Positions 35,818-48,410 of a DNA stretch of 64,000 bases are shown one piece after another. Location of the stretch: NCBI GenBank assembly GCA_047495785.1, contig JBLDXI010000015.1:992001-1056000 (forward strand), in the 5' to 3' direction. This DNA comes from Lepidodermella squamata (taxonomy: Eukaryota; Animalia; Gastrotricha). A model generated the notes under the pieces. The model searched no databases. It was not told where the DNA came from and saw nothing but the letters and a program-made list of their open reading frames with translations. How positions within the stretch are numbered: position 1 is the stretch's first letter; each line of letters begins with the position of its first letter. A program made the translations under genes and the position numbers.

Positions 35818-38800
35818 ATGCTAAAAAATAAGATTTCACAGCGAAAAATGTTCTGGCGGTGCTTTTCGAAGCGACAAGTAGCGCCGAGTAAGGCGGAAAG
35901 CGTGGCTCGAAGCCAGCCATCAATGCGACATTTCGCCGCCAGAATCGACTCACTACTTGAACGAACCCGGCGTCCTACAACCACAGTAGTCGATGTTAGG
36001 GTGGTTTTTCTGAAAATAGGCGAAATCGACACTCAAAAAGAGGTTTTTGTTCGACAATATGAAACCTGCCCTATCGATCTCAATTTTTATCCCTAGACTT
36101 TTTCCGCCGATGTTTTCATACAGGCCCGTTGGAGGGAGCCTGTACTCGACGGGCGAAGTCCTGCTTCCTTGGAATCCATCGATTTGTCCCAACTTTGGAA
36201 CCCGTCTCTTTACATTGAAAACGCAATGTCCGAGCAAAAGGAGAGCAAATGGCTAACTGCAGCTGCCGATGAACAAGGCCATGTATTCGTCTTCGAGCAG
36301 CGAAAATTGCGTGGTCTATTTTTCGAAAATCTTGAACTCGAGAATTTCCCGTTCGACGTGCAGGATCTTTCGATTACAGTCGCCTCAGAACGCCCCGTGC
36401 GAGAGGTGGAAATTGAGCCTAATACTGAAGAGCCTAGTTCGGTGTATGTTGGCGCGTTTGCGGATGAAAATGAGTGGAGATTGTACCAGCATGTTGAGGT
36501 GTCGTTTAAGACGATAACCTCGCAGCATAAGCAGCTGAAATCGAGGCACTCTGCCCTGCAAGCGACTTGCAAAGCTGCTAGACGGCCTGGATATTTCTTC
36601 TTCAATATTTTCCCAGTTTTGGTAAATTTAGGACATGTCCTTTCCAGTCAATCTAAGCTGTTTGCGTGAACATGAAAATTCTCCAGATGCATAAAGGATA
36701 TTTCATTTGGGGTTTCTATAATATGAATTCCGATGAAATCGTATAACTCCCAGAAAAAATGTGCCTTCAAAAAATCGTATCCGCTTAAAAGCATGATTAA
36801 ATCCCAAATTTGTATGGAAAATCAATTCAACCGAAAAATATGAACTAGAAGGGAATTAAATGTTGTAGAAAATCCGGATCTTCTAGCTTTAAAAATAATT
36901 TTTGAACCTCGAACGGGAAGTTATTGCCCGCACTCGGCGATTTGTCTGCGATTTAGGCTTTGGCATGAAAAGCCGATATATCGATTTCAAATATCGATTT
37001 CACAAATCACGGATTTTTTCAACATTTAATATCTTTGAAACCAATTGCTGACAAATTTTCGATCGAAAAGAAAAAAAGCCGAAATCGAAACGAAATCTTA
37101 GAAAATGTGGGCTGGAACCTGAGTAATATTTCGCTAAATTATGGATAAATTCCAATAATAAATTTGAACTATCTTGGGTACGTTACCCAGCTCTGATTGG
37201 TCAAACTCAATATTTATATCTCATTATTCGGCAATCTTTCCCCTGTTAGTTCGATTTCTTCGAAAATTCAAACATTCGGAAAGGCTATTATTTTCAATTT
37301 TTCGAATATATCTTTCAATTTTAACGTCGAGTTCAATTTCGTTTCAATTTTCTTGCTTTTCAAGTTTTTGAATATCTTGAAAAAAATATTAGCAATTTTA
37401 TTCAAATTTTCAACCACTCAGAACTTGAAATTCTAAGAATCATAAAAAATTATGATAATTTAATATTTTTAATATTGTGAATATTGTAATTTTTCTTTCA
37501 GTTTTCGATAACAGTCGTTTCATTCGCGACATTCGCCGTCGATTGCGAACTGCCGCAGTCGCGCCTGCAACTCGTCATGATCCTCATGATGATATCGGTG
37601 ACCTTCAAAACGCTCATCAACGCCAACATGCCGCACGTCGACTACATGACGTACATGGACAAGTACGTTCACATGTCCATGATTTTTCTCGTGTTACTCG
37701 GCGCCTGGCATGCGATTGCGGCTAAAATCTGCGTCGAAGGCCACGACACTGATGCGACCGGCGCGTTGTTGGGCAAATTTTCCGAGGGCCTCGTCGTAGC
37801 CGGGTTTCTTGCTGTTCACATCACCGCCCACGTAGCTTACGTCATTTCGGTTTATCGCAACGCGTGGCGCCGTCGCTATGAGGCAACCAAGAAAGATAAG
37901 GTATTCTACCCCAGCTTAACTTAGACTGGAATCGAACAAAAACCGAAAAAAGTAAAAAAAATGGAATTTAAAATTTCAATAATTTTTTGAAAGCTTTATG
38001 TGTGATTCATATTCCTGCAAAATTGTGGGCGTTGGAAAACCTATAAATACGTTTTTAGGTGAAAAATTTTGCAGAACTATACCTAAGGTTCCGCTAAAAT
38101 TAAGAATCAAAACGAAACTGCTAAAATCTCCAATCAAACAAATTCGTCCACACAATAATAATTCCCAGCTATCATAAAAACAATTTCAGGCTGTTTTAGA
38201 TCGAAAATATATCAAAATTTAATATTAATTTTCGAAAGTTTTACTTCTCCATTTACCTTGAAGGAAATTTTTCAAAATAAGATAAATATTGACAAATTCC
38301 TTAAGCAAATTTCAAATTCCGCTATAAATGTCGGCTTTATTTTTAAATGATGAAATTTCAGCAAACCAAAACTTTTTCCAGCGAAATTCTTTAATTTTAA
38401 ACTTGGCCATTTAGGAACAAATATCCGCGCCTCGGGCGAATGGTATTTTGGCTACGTTAGAAAAATTCTGGAATTCAAGGCAACTGGTACGATTTTACGT
38501 GAATCTAGAAAATTCCGGAAAATTAATAGTTACTTGAATAAGAACTATAAGAACAGTGAAATTAGAACTCCTATTTCGATATTACATGGCTAACAAATTG
38601 AAATTCGAATATTTCGATAACAATTACCAAAATTTACTCGGCGATATAGCAAAAATCTCTTGAAAATAATATTACGAAAATTACGAAAAACCGCACATCG
38701 CGATCGAATTTTCGTTTCCCGAGAAGGATTTCTTCAAGATCAAAGACTCAATCTTTCTGAAACTTGCTAAATAAATATTCTCAATCTATTTTTCAGCGAC

Positions 38801-38856
38801 TCAGAGGACGAGCGGACTCGACTGTATCCTACGCCAGCAGTGTAACTACTACTTGA
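35818..38856 (+). CDS. Cys-less pLGIC subunit 6 (35818-36042; 36097-36621; 37502-37900; probable 38415-38486 and 38797-38856)
   Basis: LENFPFDVQDL, DCELPQSRLQL, MPHVDYMTYMDKY. The 3' exons are inferred from phase-0 AG/GT sites; read-through to a stop at 37924 is the alternative. Confidence 0.82.
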
Positions 38857-39047
38857 GAAATCAATTTGTATCATTTCGAAAACCGCGATTTTGAAATAAT
38901 AAAAAAAAAAGACTTTTATCACATAAAGTTTCCCACTTTATTTCAAAAGCATATATAACGAATCACGAGTGAACTAGGGCCTAATTCTCAAAGACATAAG
39001 AGCATGACTTGAAAAAATGTTCAGAAAAATTAGTCAATCAAGTTACT

Positions 39048-41069
39048 TTAATCGACCTCTTCAATGGTCGGGCCCTTTTTGCTTGAGCCGCCGTTGGAAG
39101 CTCCGCCAGCGCCTGGGAAACCGCCAGGGAAGCCACCGGCACCCGGGAACCCGCCAGCTTGAGGCCCACCAGCGCCGCCTTGATGAAGCTTCGTCATGAT
39201 CGGAGCGCAGGTCTTGTTCAACTCCTCCATTTGATGCTCGAACTCGTCCTTCTCGGCCAGGGCGTTGCGGTCGAGCCACGAAACGACTTCCGAACACTTG
39301 TCCTTGACGGTTTTCTTGTCAGATTCAGACAATTTATCGCCAGCTTCTTCAACGGCTTGCTTCATCGAGTACGCTAGCTGCTCGAGTTGATTCTTCGCCG
39401 AAACACGCTCGCGTTGCTTATCGTCATCGGCCTTGAACTTCTCAGCCTCGCGCACCATCCGCTCGACGTCTTCCTTCGACAACCGGCCCTTCTCGTTCGC
39501 AATCGTGATTTTATTCGACTTGCCAGTGCCTTTTTCCAGGGCTGAGACGTTGAGAATGCCGTTCGCGTCGATATCGAAGGTAACCTCAATCTGCGGGACA
39601 CCACGAGGAGCAGGCGGGATGCCGCTTAGATCGAACGTGCCCAGCAGGTTGTTGTCCTTAGTCATCGCTCGCTCGCCTTCAAACACCTGAATCGTGACAC
39701 CAGGCTGGTTATCGGCGTACGTCGAAAAGATCTGCGAGGTCTTAGTCGGAACGCGGGTGTTACGCTCGAGCAGTTTCGTCATCACACCACCGGCGGTTTC
39801 GATGCCCAGGCTCAGCGGGATAACATCGACCAGCAGCACATCTTTCACGGTTTCATCGTTGACGCCAGTCAAAATCGCGGCCTGAACCGCAGCACCGTAG
39901 GCGACGGCTTCATCCGGGTTGATCGACTTGTTCAATTGCTTGCCCATGTAGTCCTGAAGCAGCTTCTGCACCTTCGGGATGCGAGTCGAACCGCCGACCA
40001 ACACAACTTCGTCAATCCTTGATTTGTCGAGTTTCGCGTCGCGTAGGGCCTGTTCGACGGGTTGCATCGTTTTCGCGAACAAGTCATTGCAGAGTTCTTC
40101 GAAGCGAGCTCGGGTGATCTTCGTGTAGAAATCGATGCCTTCGTGGAGCGAGTCGATTTCCACCGCGGCTTCAGTCGAGCTTGACAGGGTTCGTTTCGCG
40201 CGTTCGCAGGCGGTTCGCAGGCGACGAACAGCTCGCATGTTACTGCTCAGGTCCTTCTTGTACTTCCGCTTGAATTCTTCCATAAAGTGATTCACCATGC
40301 GATTGTCGAAGTCTTCACCGCCCAAGTGGGTATCGCCGGAAGTTGAGCGCACTTCGAAGACACCATCTTCAATCGAGAGAATTGAGACATCGAATGTGCC
40401 GCCACCCAAGTCAAAGATCAAGATGTTCTGTTCCTTCGACACGCGCTTGTCGAGACCGTAAGCCAAAGCGGCGGCTGTCGGCTCGTTGATGATGCGGAGA
40501 ACATTCAGGCCAGCGATTACACCAGCATCTTTCGTAGCCAAGCGCTGAGAGTCATTGAAGTACGCAGGTACGGTGACGACAGCGTCAGTGACCTTGTGGC
40601 CGAGATAGGCTTCGGCGGTTTCCTTCATCTTTAACAGCACCATCGACGAGATTTCCTCTGGGGCGAACTTCTTCGTCTCGCCCTTGTACTCGACTTGAAT
40701 CTTAGGTTTTCCACTGTCACTCACGACCTGTGAAGGAAATAAAAGTAGATAACACGCAATACATGGATGAAAGTTATAACATACCTTAAAAGGCCAGTGT
40801 TTCATATCAGATTGAACAACAGGATCATCGAATCGCCGGCCGATTAGGCGCTTCGCGTCGAAGACGGTGTTTTGCGGGTTCATTGCCACTTGATTCTTGG
40901 CACCGTCGCCGATAAGCCTCTCGGTGTCAGTGAAGGCTATGTAGGACGGCGTAGTCCTGTTACCTTGGTCGTTGGCAATGATTTCGACCTTGCCATTCTG
41001 GTAGACACCGACGCAAGAATAGGTGGTACCGAGGTCAATACCAACAGCTCGGGAGCTTCCTGGAGCCAT
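39048..41069 (-). CDS. hsp70: Cytosolic heat shock protein 70, with one 57-nt intron (40728-40784)
   Basis: [37 protein letters not shown] and C-terminal GPTIEEVD. The 19-aa insertion in the ORF track is a GT-AG intron. Confidence 0.98.
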   Translation of the reverse strand: MAPGSSRAVGIDLGTTYSCVGVYQNGKVEIIANDQGNRTTPSYIAFTDTERLIGDGAKNQVAMNPQNTVFDAKRLIGRRFDDPVVQSDMKHWPFKVCYNFHPCIACYLLLFPSQVVSDSGKPKIQVEYKGETKKFAPEEISSMVLLKMKETAEAYLGHKVTDAVVTVPAYFNDSQRLATKDAGVIAGLNVLRIINEPTAAALAYGLDKRVSKEQNILIFDLGGGTFDVSILSIEDGVFEVRSTSGDTHLGGEDFDNRMVNHFMEEFKRKYKKDLSSNMRAVRRLRTACERAKRTLSSSTEAAVEIDSLHEGIDFYTKITRARFEELCNDLFAKTMQPVEQALRDAKLDKSRIDEVVLVGGSTRIPKVQKLLQDYMGKQLNKSINPDEAVAYGAAVQAAILTGVNDETVKDVLLVDVIPLSLGIETAGGVMTKLLERNTRVPTKTSQIFSTYADNQPGVTIQVFEGERAMTKDNNLLGTFDLSGIPPAPRGVPQIEVTFDIDANGILNVSALEKGTGKSNKITIANEKGRLSKEDVERMVREAEKFKADDDKQRERVSAKNQLEQLAYSMKQAVEEAGDKLSESDKKTVKDKCSEVVSWLDRNALAEKDEFEHQMEELNKTCAPIMTKLHQGGAGGPQAGGFPGAGGFPGGFPGAGGASNGGSSKKGPTIEEVD

Positions 41070-41165
41070 TTTCGATCAAATTTGTTGCAGAGAAATGCTG
41101 AGAATATGCTTTGTTAAGTAGGATTGGTTTGAGAAGAGGATGCATTGCTAGTCAAGTCTACAGGC

Positions 41166-41249
41166 TTTTATACTACGCAGAAGAATTTTCCAGAAATCGA
41201 TGTTTACAGTCGTTTCTCGAACATACGAGGGCAGCGAAGATTCCAGACG
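41166..41249 (-). promoter_or_regulatory. hsp70 promoter: TATA box and heat-shock elements
   Basis: TATAAAA on the minus strand at 41166-41172. Perfect aGAAt-tTTCc-aGAAa at 41182-41196; further nTTCn/nGAAn units at 41213-41222 and 41235-41249. Confidence 0.85.
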
Positions 41250-44200
41250 GGTTGAATAAGCGTCGCCATGGTAGATTTGAAATGTGTGCCATTTTAAACG
41301 TCAAGGTCGTGTCATTATTTTTAGCAATTGTTTAAGAATAATCTTGTGTAAAATTAAATTGAAATTATATGCTCAATTAGCCAGCCAATTTCTGTGCATG
41401 CTTTTTTGTGGCGGGAATTTCAACCGCGTGCAAAATCGGCTGGGAGTTTTTCCCTCATCATCCTTTTCTGGAGTCGTGCTTCTTTTTCTTACGTCTCTTG
41501 TGTTGAAAACGAAAGCACTTCTCTTTTCTGATGCTCAGATAATAAAGCTAAACTATTATTAAGATGAACCGTAGCTAACCATTAGTTAACTAGTAGTTGG
41601 ATATCTCTCGCATAGAAAATTTCATAGTTAACTTACAGTTATCTAGCAGTCAGCTTTGATCACATCCACCATTTTGTTTGGTTACTAATGACACGTCTGT
41701 CTGGCTTACCTTCTTTATTCAATGAATAATGTTTCTTTATTCAATTGAGGTTATGCTGAAGTCTGGAGTCTGAAGTCCCAACTTATTTTTTTATTAGGTA
41801 GTATACTGTTTCCTCGTATTGTACCTACCAGCCTCAGAATGACAATGTCTGCTGAGAATTGGACGGTCAAGATCATCGATCGCAATATGTGTGACAGACG
41901 ACTTATAACTTTCATCATGAGTTATTCTCCTCTTCCTCTGAATACTTGACTGGAAATGTGCAAATATTCACATGGAAACTTTGGTGAATACGAAGACCTG
42001 TTGTTGAGTTCTGTGGTTCAATATAGTCAAACAGCTAGTCCAACAATCGGATCTTTGAAGCTATCACAAGTCTCAAGGCTCACTAAGCAATGGAGTTGCA
42101 GCTATCTAGAGCCAATGCGATGGCGAAAACTGGCTAGTCCTGAACTTGTCCTAGTTCAACTCGGCGTTCGTGGGCTTATTTCCTGCGAGGGTGATACAAT
42201 GAATGAGAAACTTATCATCATTTGCATGCTGTCAAATATTCATCTTCATACAAGAAGACTGATAATTTCTCAGTGAAAGATATCGGCCAAGATCTAAACA
42301 TTGCCGGACTCAATCGGGTCAACTTCTGTCGTTTCAATGAATCAAGCAGCCGCTCATTGACATCGAAAACCTCAGTATGAATTTTTATCAATATTCTTTG
42401 TTTTTTTCATAACTTTTTGATAGATTAGACATTGAATTTGGGTCGAACTAGCCGTGATTTTCACCTTCGATGTGTTCAAGATCTGCAGTGATTGGTCGAG
42501 AAATTCGTGTCGAAGAAGGCAACCCTTCAAGATGTGTACGAAGTCTATAAAACCGTTTAGCAACGGCTAAAAATGTTTGACATGTTTGCTGAATTCTGAC
42601 TCGCTGAGTCGCTGATTGGCGATTTTGAGAAGCCGGGCGCTGATCGCGTATTCGAGTACTTGGCTGTTTGAACCCGAATTTGACGAAGCTCTTGGATGTA
42701 AGTTATGAAAGTTCTTTATGAAAGTTCTTTTTAATTTTAGCCATGAATGCGAAATAGAAATTGTAATACTTTCAAGGTGGCAATTTGCTCTTGGTTTCAC
42801 TTTCAGCGGAATCCAAGTTAAAAAATTCGCCCTAAAATGTATTTTCCACATTTTCTGTAATTTCATTTGAAAAAAATGATGAATCGCAAAGAATTTGTAC
42901 GATTTTTGGAATTTCTGCTGCGTTTTACGATTATGCCCGTGCAATTGTTCTGTATTCTTAAGTATTTCCTGAAAATTCGAGAAGAATTCCTGAAAATTGT
43001 CAATATATTTGTAGCAGTTCGTACCCCGAATCTACGATTTCAGCATGAAAAATGAAAGTAGATATTTGTAGTTTTCACGTGAACGGAAAATATCGAAAAT
43101 AACTTATTAGCTCAATGGCAGCATCGCTGCAATTTTTCGCAGTCCGAGATTTACTTTCGGCATAAAAAACTACCAGCTGAGCAGCTAAGCTCGAGTAATC
43201 CGGGGGAGACTTCCATCTTGTAGCCGCAGTCTATGACAAATTAGCAAAAAAAGTTTTGTAGAAAAATCCTCTTATTTTTTATTATCTGCCGAGAGAATAT
43301 TCTGTCTTTTTTCCGCGATTTAACCGAAGAAATAGAAAATTTACCCGAGAAACCCCGATGGTAATTGGTTCGGTAATTTTCAGTATTTTAACCGGTTGGA
43401 CCAAATTTATTCGAGCATTTTTTAATTCCATTGTCAAGTGAAATACTTATTTATTATTCTCGTGATTTTTTTAATTTTCCAAAAATTTTCTGGTGATGGG
43501 AATTTCGAGAAAATCTGAAATTCTCGATACTTACGGGAAACGCTGTTAAAAAATATCCGCCGTAGAATTCTGCTAGATTTTCTGATCTCGTTATTGATTA
43601 TTTTTTTTCCGCCAATTTATGAAATCTCGACCAGGTTGACGCCATCGATGTCAAAGCTCACAAGGCCCTGAATTCTCGATCAGCCACTCTGGGCATTAGT
43701 TGGGTCAAACCCGGTCGATTCCGCAATGAATCTTCGATTCCTTCCTTCGATTCCTCCCTGAAGAATTTCTCGCAATTTTTCAAGAGATAGCAAAAAGGCC
43801 TGGGTGGTGCTATGCCGATTTTGGAATTGGCTAATCTGCTGTCTACATCGCATTGGCTGTTGCTGCTTATTCAGCTGCTATGTTCGATCGAAGTTGTTGC
43901 CATTGCCTTGGCAGTGGCAAGTTCGAACTGCCAACTGCAGAGGCTCGTCGACTTTCTTATCAGTTTTCAGTCGCGGCGATGAGCAGGGTGAGTCATAGTT
44001 TTTTTTCAATTACTTTTCGACTCGCCCTTATTTTGATAATTTGATACCGTAAGCCCATTGCTGGCAAGCGGATGGTCGTTTTGGGACAGAAAATGACCAA
44101 CATTAAGCCATTTTCAGATTTAGTCAAATTTAGTATTCCAAAAAATATCGTCGGATAGCATTTTAAATATGACGTGTTTGCAAGGGAATTTTTGAATCAA

Positions 44201-45639
44201 ACGAAGAAACGTCACGCTGTAATTCCAAGTAATTGAAAGTAATTGCAAATACCTCGCCTAACACAAGCTTTCATAACCATTATGTCCACATTTATCTCTA
44301 TCATCGAAAGCGTGGTACAACAAAAAAAACAAGTTGATAGAAACACTTTTTCAAGAACTGAATTCACTCGTTAGTTAGAGAGATGGCACGCAGAAAAAAG
44401 AGGGAGTTATTTCAACTGAGTCATTATCAATACCCCACAAAACACCAGTTCTTCTTGTTATTCTCCTCGTCATCTGTATCTGAAATGACCAGCTCCTCGC
44501 TTTGTTCAAAAATATTTTCCCTCGCGAAATCAACTCATCCATTGGATGGGGCGTTGTGACAAATAAACCTTGCGTACTGATAATTGAAAGAAGTAATGAA
44601 CATCACGAAAACGAAAAGCGAAACACTTTTATGGACTACCCATTCGGGCCAGACGGATGCTGAGTAAAAGTTCCTCTCGGATTCGGAGTTAAAGGACGGG
44701 GGAGGGGAGGGGAGGGGGGATTGGGGGCAGCGAGGACTTGCATCCAAAGAATAGCTGCAATCTGCATCTGGCCAAGCTGAAGCTGCTGTCGTTTGAGATC
44801 CATTTGTTGATGCATCATCTCGTTTTGTTGCCTTATAGCCTGCAATCGAAATTGAAAAAAATCATGGAAGGTCTTTTTCCCGTTTGGGAATAAAAACTTT
44901 GAAAAGGCTGTCATTTCTTGACTCTTTTGAAAATTGAAAAAAAACAAATTATTCTAAGGAAGGTTATAATATTTAAAAAAAATTCAGCTTTTTTTACTTT
45001 CAAGTATATTCAAAATTTGACTAGAAAAGCTCTAAAAGCTTACCAATTTTTTTAATATCAATTCAAGAGTTTTCCAATTTACTAAAAAAAAAAATCGAAC
45101 TTTTCAACATGATACGACGTTCTTCCAGCTTGCAACGGTTTTGCTTCTCGCGAACATGTTCTCGCTCATTTTCAAGCATTTCGTTAAAAATTTGCGGCTT
45201 GAGATAGTCCTTTCTCGTTTTCACGCGGGGCCTGGCCGAAACATCGCGACTGGCTGTTGAAGTCGACGCGGCCAAGGTTTGAGCCGGCAGTAACTGTGGC
45301 GACTTCGAATGTTTGACGCTGCGAAATCCCTCCGCTTGAAAGCGACCCTCCACGCTTGCTCCGGTAGATTGAGTGGGTCGAATGATTCCGTTGAAAGACG
45401 ACTGGAAAAAGTTGTAGGGGAATAGCCGAGGCCGAGTGAAGTTGGCTGGGCAACACTCGCAAATATGATTCACAAGCGAATGATTTTATTATGGGTGATC
45501 ATAATATATGATTTGCGTGATTAATCACCGCATTTTTCACACCCAAAGATTGCGACAAAAATAATTTTATTAGGGTCCTTATTCGAAAAATTTCGCAATG
45601 CATTTTTTGGCGGATTCTTTGAAATGTGGCTCCGCTTCC

Positions 45640-46290
45640 TGTCAAGTTTTGTTCCTCTAATAGAATAATAGCCCACCTTACTGCCCGGAAAAAAACCAAG
45701 ACATTTTTTAGAACGACCTCTTAACCTCTGACATTTCTTTCGGGCGGTAATGTAATAGTTTATCAGAATTTGAACGTGATTAGGAAGAATTATCCTCGGA
45801 AAATAATTCTCTGATTTCGAGGAAATCTTTCCAATTCATCGATGTCTCTCCTTCGGAGCCTGCCCGTCGCTTTACGTCATAGCCGGGCGGAAAATGTGTG
45901 CAAAGTCAGGAAAATAAAAAACCTCGAGTCTGCCACAATCATTTGATTTGAGAAGTGACACCGCTGGGCTTTCGATCCGGCAAGATGGAAGGTCGCAGAT
46001 TTCGGAAATCTTGGCTATTTCAATGTTGAACTGCTCGATAAATTGGACTTGCTCAGAAAACGCCGAATTGTAGCTCTATTTTTTCGATGAAAGAGAGGCA
46101 CAGCCAGCCTTCGCTGAATGGCTTTTTGTCGGTAAGATCGGCGAATAACTCGGCAGATTCATCGGTGGAAAATTGATAATTCGACAGCGGTAATAAAAAT
46201 CGATGTGCGATTTTTTGTAGATAAGGTTTGTTGGGTCCTGTAACGAGTTTCACAGGGAAGTCAAAGCCAAGTAATCCAGTTAGTATTGGG
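45640..46290 (-). pseudogene. Possible decayed hAT transposase
   Basis: Interrupted minus-strand fragments LPCETRY (compare hAT xTRW) and SEVKRSF*KMSWFF (compare the hAT dimerisation motif ERxFS). Confidence 0.35.
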
Positions 46291-47632
46291 AGATCAGAGT
46301 GATGGTAAAAGGCGGGTTGGAATTTGGGACTGTTTTTCCAGTAGCGATGATAGCTTTCTTGAAATTTTCCATAATTTGGTCGTGAGTTCGATTTTCACTT
46401 TTACGCAAATAAATCACCGTTCTATCGTTTTCCAAATAATTATTTCACAATTTCACAAGGATCAATTTTTTATTGATTTGTTTTCTAATATTTTTTAGGT
46501 TCTTATGCGGGTCGACGAAAAGTTGTCAACATGTTGGGCGAAAGTCTGTGGGCGGCCGATTTCGCAACTCAAATGGCCGATGTCACGATGATGCCGAGCA
46601 AAAATTCGGTGATCCTTCAGTCGCTGGTCAAAGCCTCAAAGCAAGATCTCACTGACTCGGCTTGACTGTGATTTCATTTGACTAATTTTATTATTAAGGA
46701 GGACTTTTTTCATCATCTGTGTCGTTATTCTTCATCGTTTATCAATTTTCTGATTTTATGGCTACGGCATGTAATAAAATTGCGATGTGACTTTGACACG
46801 TGCCTTCGCTTAATGAGAAACAAAATTTCGCGAAAAGTGCGGATTTTGAAAGGAAAAATTAATTGTTGCTACGCGCAATGGAAAATGTGACCCTCACTCA
46901 AATTTTTCGAAGATCAACATTTGTGAGGTTGGAAATATCTTTGGATCAGCGGCGTTCATTACCATTAGACTGCTGCAGAACGTCTTCACGTACCTTTCAA
47001 GTATGGCCGAATTTGATAAAAAAAACCAAAGCATTTGAATCGAAAAAATTACATAAATAAATAGCCGAAATAAAAAGGTTGCCATAATCATTTTCCGACT
47101 CAATTACTGCCTAATTTCGTCGAAGCGGTCCTACGTTATTCGGCTCTGATTTTATTAGATCCCAGCAGCTCTTCACGTCATTCTTTAATAAACGAGTCGA
47201 CAAAAAATATTTCATCTCACCGCGGCAAGGAATCATTTGCGGCCCGCCGCGGTGTGGTGTAATAATAATTGTTGTGGCAGGTGCAGCGCAATAGCCGCAT
47301 AATTATAATTCCGCTAATTTGCGGGCCCTACCTAGGTCAAGAAGGACTCGATTACACTTCTTGATACCCTAAATATCCCGGATAATCACCGCGTTCCAAT
47401 AATTTTAGCGGCAATAGCTTTGCATCATGGATTTATGCAAGAAGAAAGACGAATCGATGATGTGCGAATGTGAGAATTCCATGAAAAGTGAACATTGTCT
47501 GTTGACCACACCAAGCGCAGGTTTGTTTCCAATCAAATTTCTACCTTGATTAGGTATAGGCACTTTTATTTTGTACCGGAATTAATTTCAAAAATTTTGA
47601 CCTTTCAAATTTTTTGATAATTTTTAGTTTAA

Positions 47633-48410
47633 CCCTTTCATGGCGGAATTATTTATCTGCGAGAGAAAAAATATTTGACGGCAGTTCTAGGGGTTTTAGA
47701 GGGCCCTGATCACGATTTTGAAACCCGTTTATCTCTATCTATCACCGTTAATGCTGTACAAAAACTGGCCGAAATCGTCCTATCCGCCCAGCTGATTTCA
47801 GCAGATTTTTCGAACACCCTAATTTCTGTGTCAGGTGCCTCCAGCTTTGGAATTTTAGATTATAAATTACTCCCATGAATGTCCCCAAGATTCTCCCTCA
47901 CTTAAATCGCCGAAAACATTCAGTTTAAAAAAGTTTCAGAGGCTCAGCATTCAGATCTGAATTCAGCTTTTCCAGTATTTGCTCGCGACAGTTTTTGCAG
48001 CACAAAAACCACGCACTCCGCCTGTATAAGTCCTGGCGGATAGGACGATTTCGGCCGGTTTGATTAAATCTCAATAGCGTCGTCATTTTTAATTTCCAAC
48101 TCGAAAACATTTACACAGAGGTCAATGAGACTATGGCGGACACGGTGGTATTTTTTGTTGGATCAAAAAATGATCAGAAACCTATGAGATTTCAAGTTGA
48201 AAAAAATCGAAATTTCAATCTCAGGTTGACTATTTTCAAATTGCTTGTATGTCCTGACCATGCAAGATAACGGCGCCCTGGTCTCAAAACCTTGTAGCCA
48301 ACATCGAAAAGCAATATTCCTGAAAAGGGCGATCAAAAACTCATCGAATTCAATTTTCTGTGAACTTTCAAAGTCGAAATTCCGAAATCGTCCTTCCCGC
48401 CGTGAAAGGG
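47633..48410. mobile_element. Non-autonomous piggyBac-type element (778 bp)
   Basis: TTAA-CCCTTTCATGGCGG … CCGCCGTGAAAGGG-TTAA: TTAA target duplication, CCC/GGG termini, 13/14 TIR match, no transposase ORF. Confidence 0.8.

Noticed and set aside
40728-40784. Apparent 19-aa Cys-rich insertion in Hsp70
   Set aside because: It is a canonical GT-AG intron of typical length.
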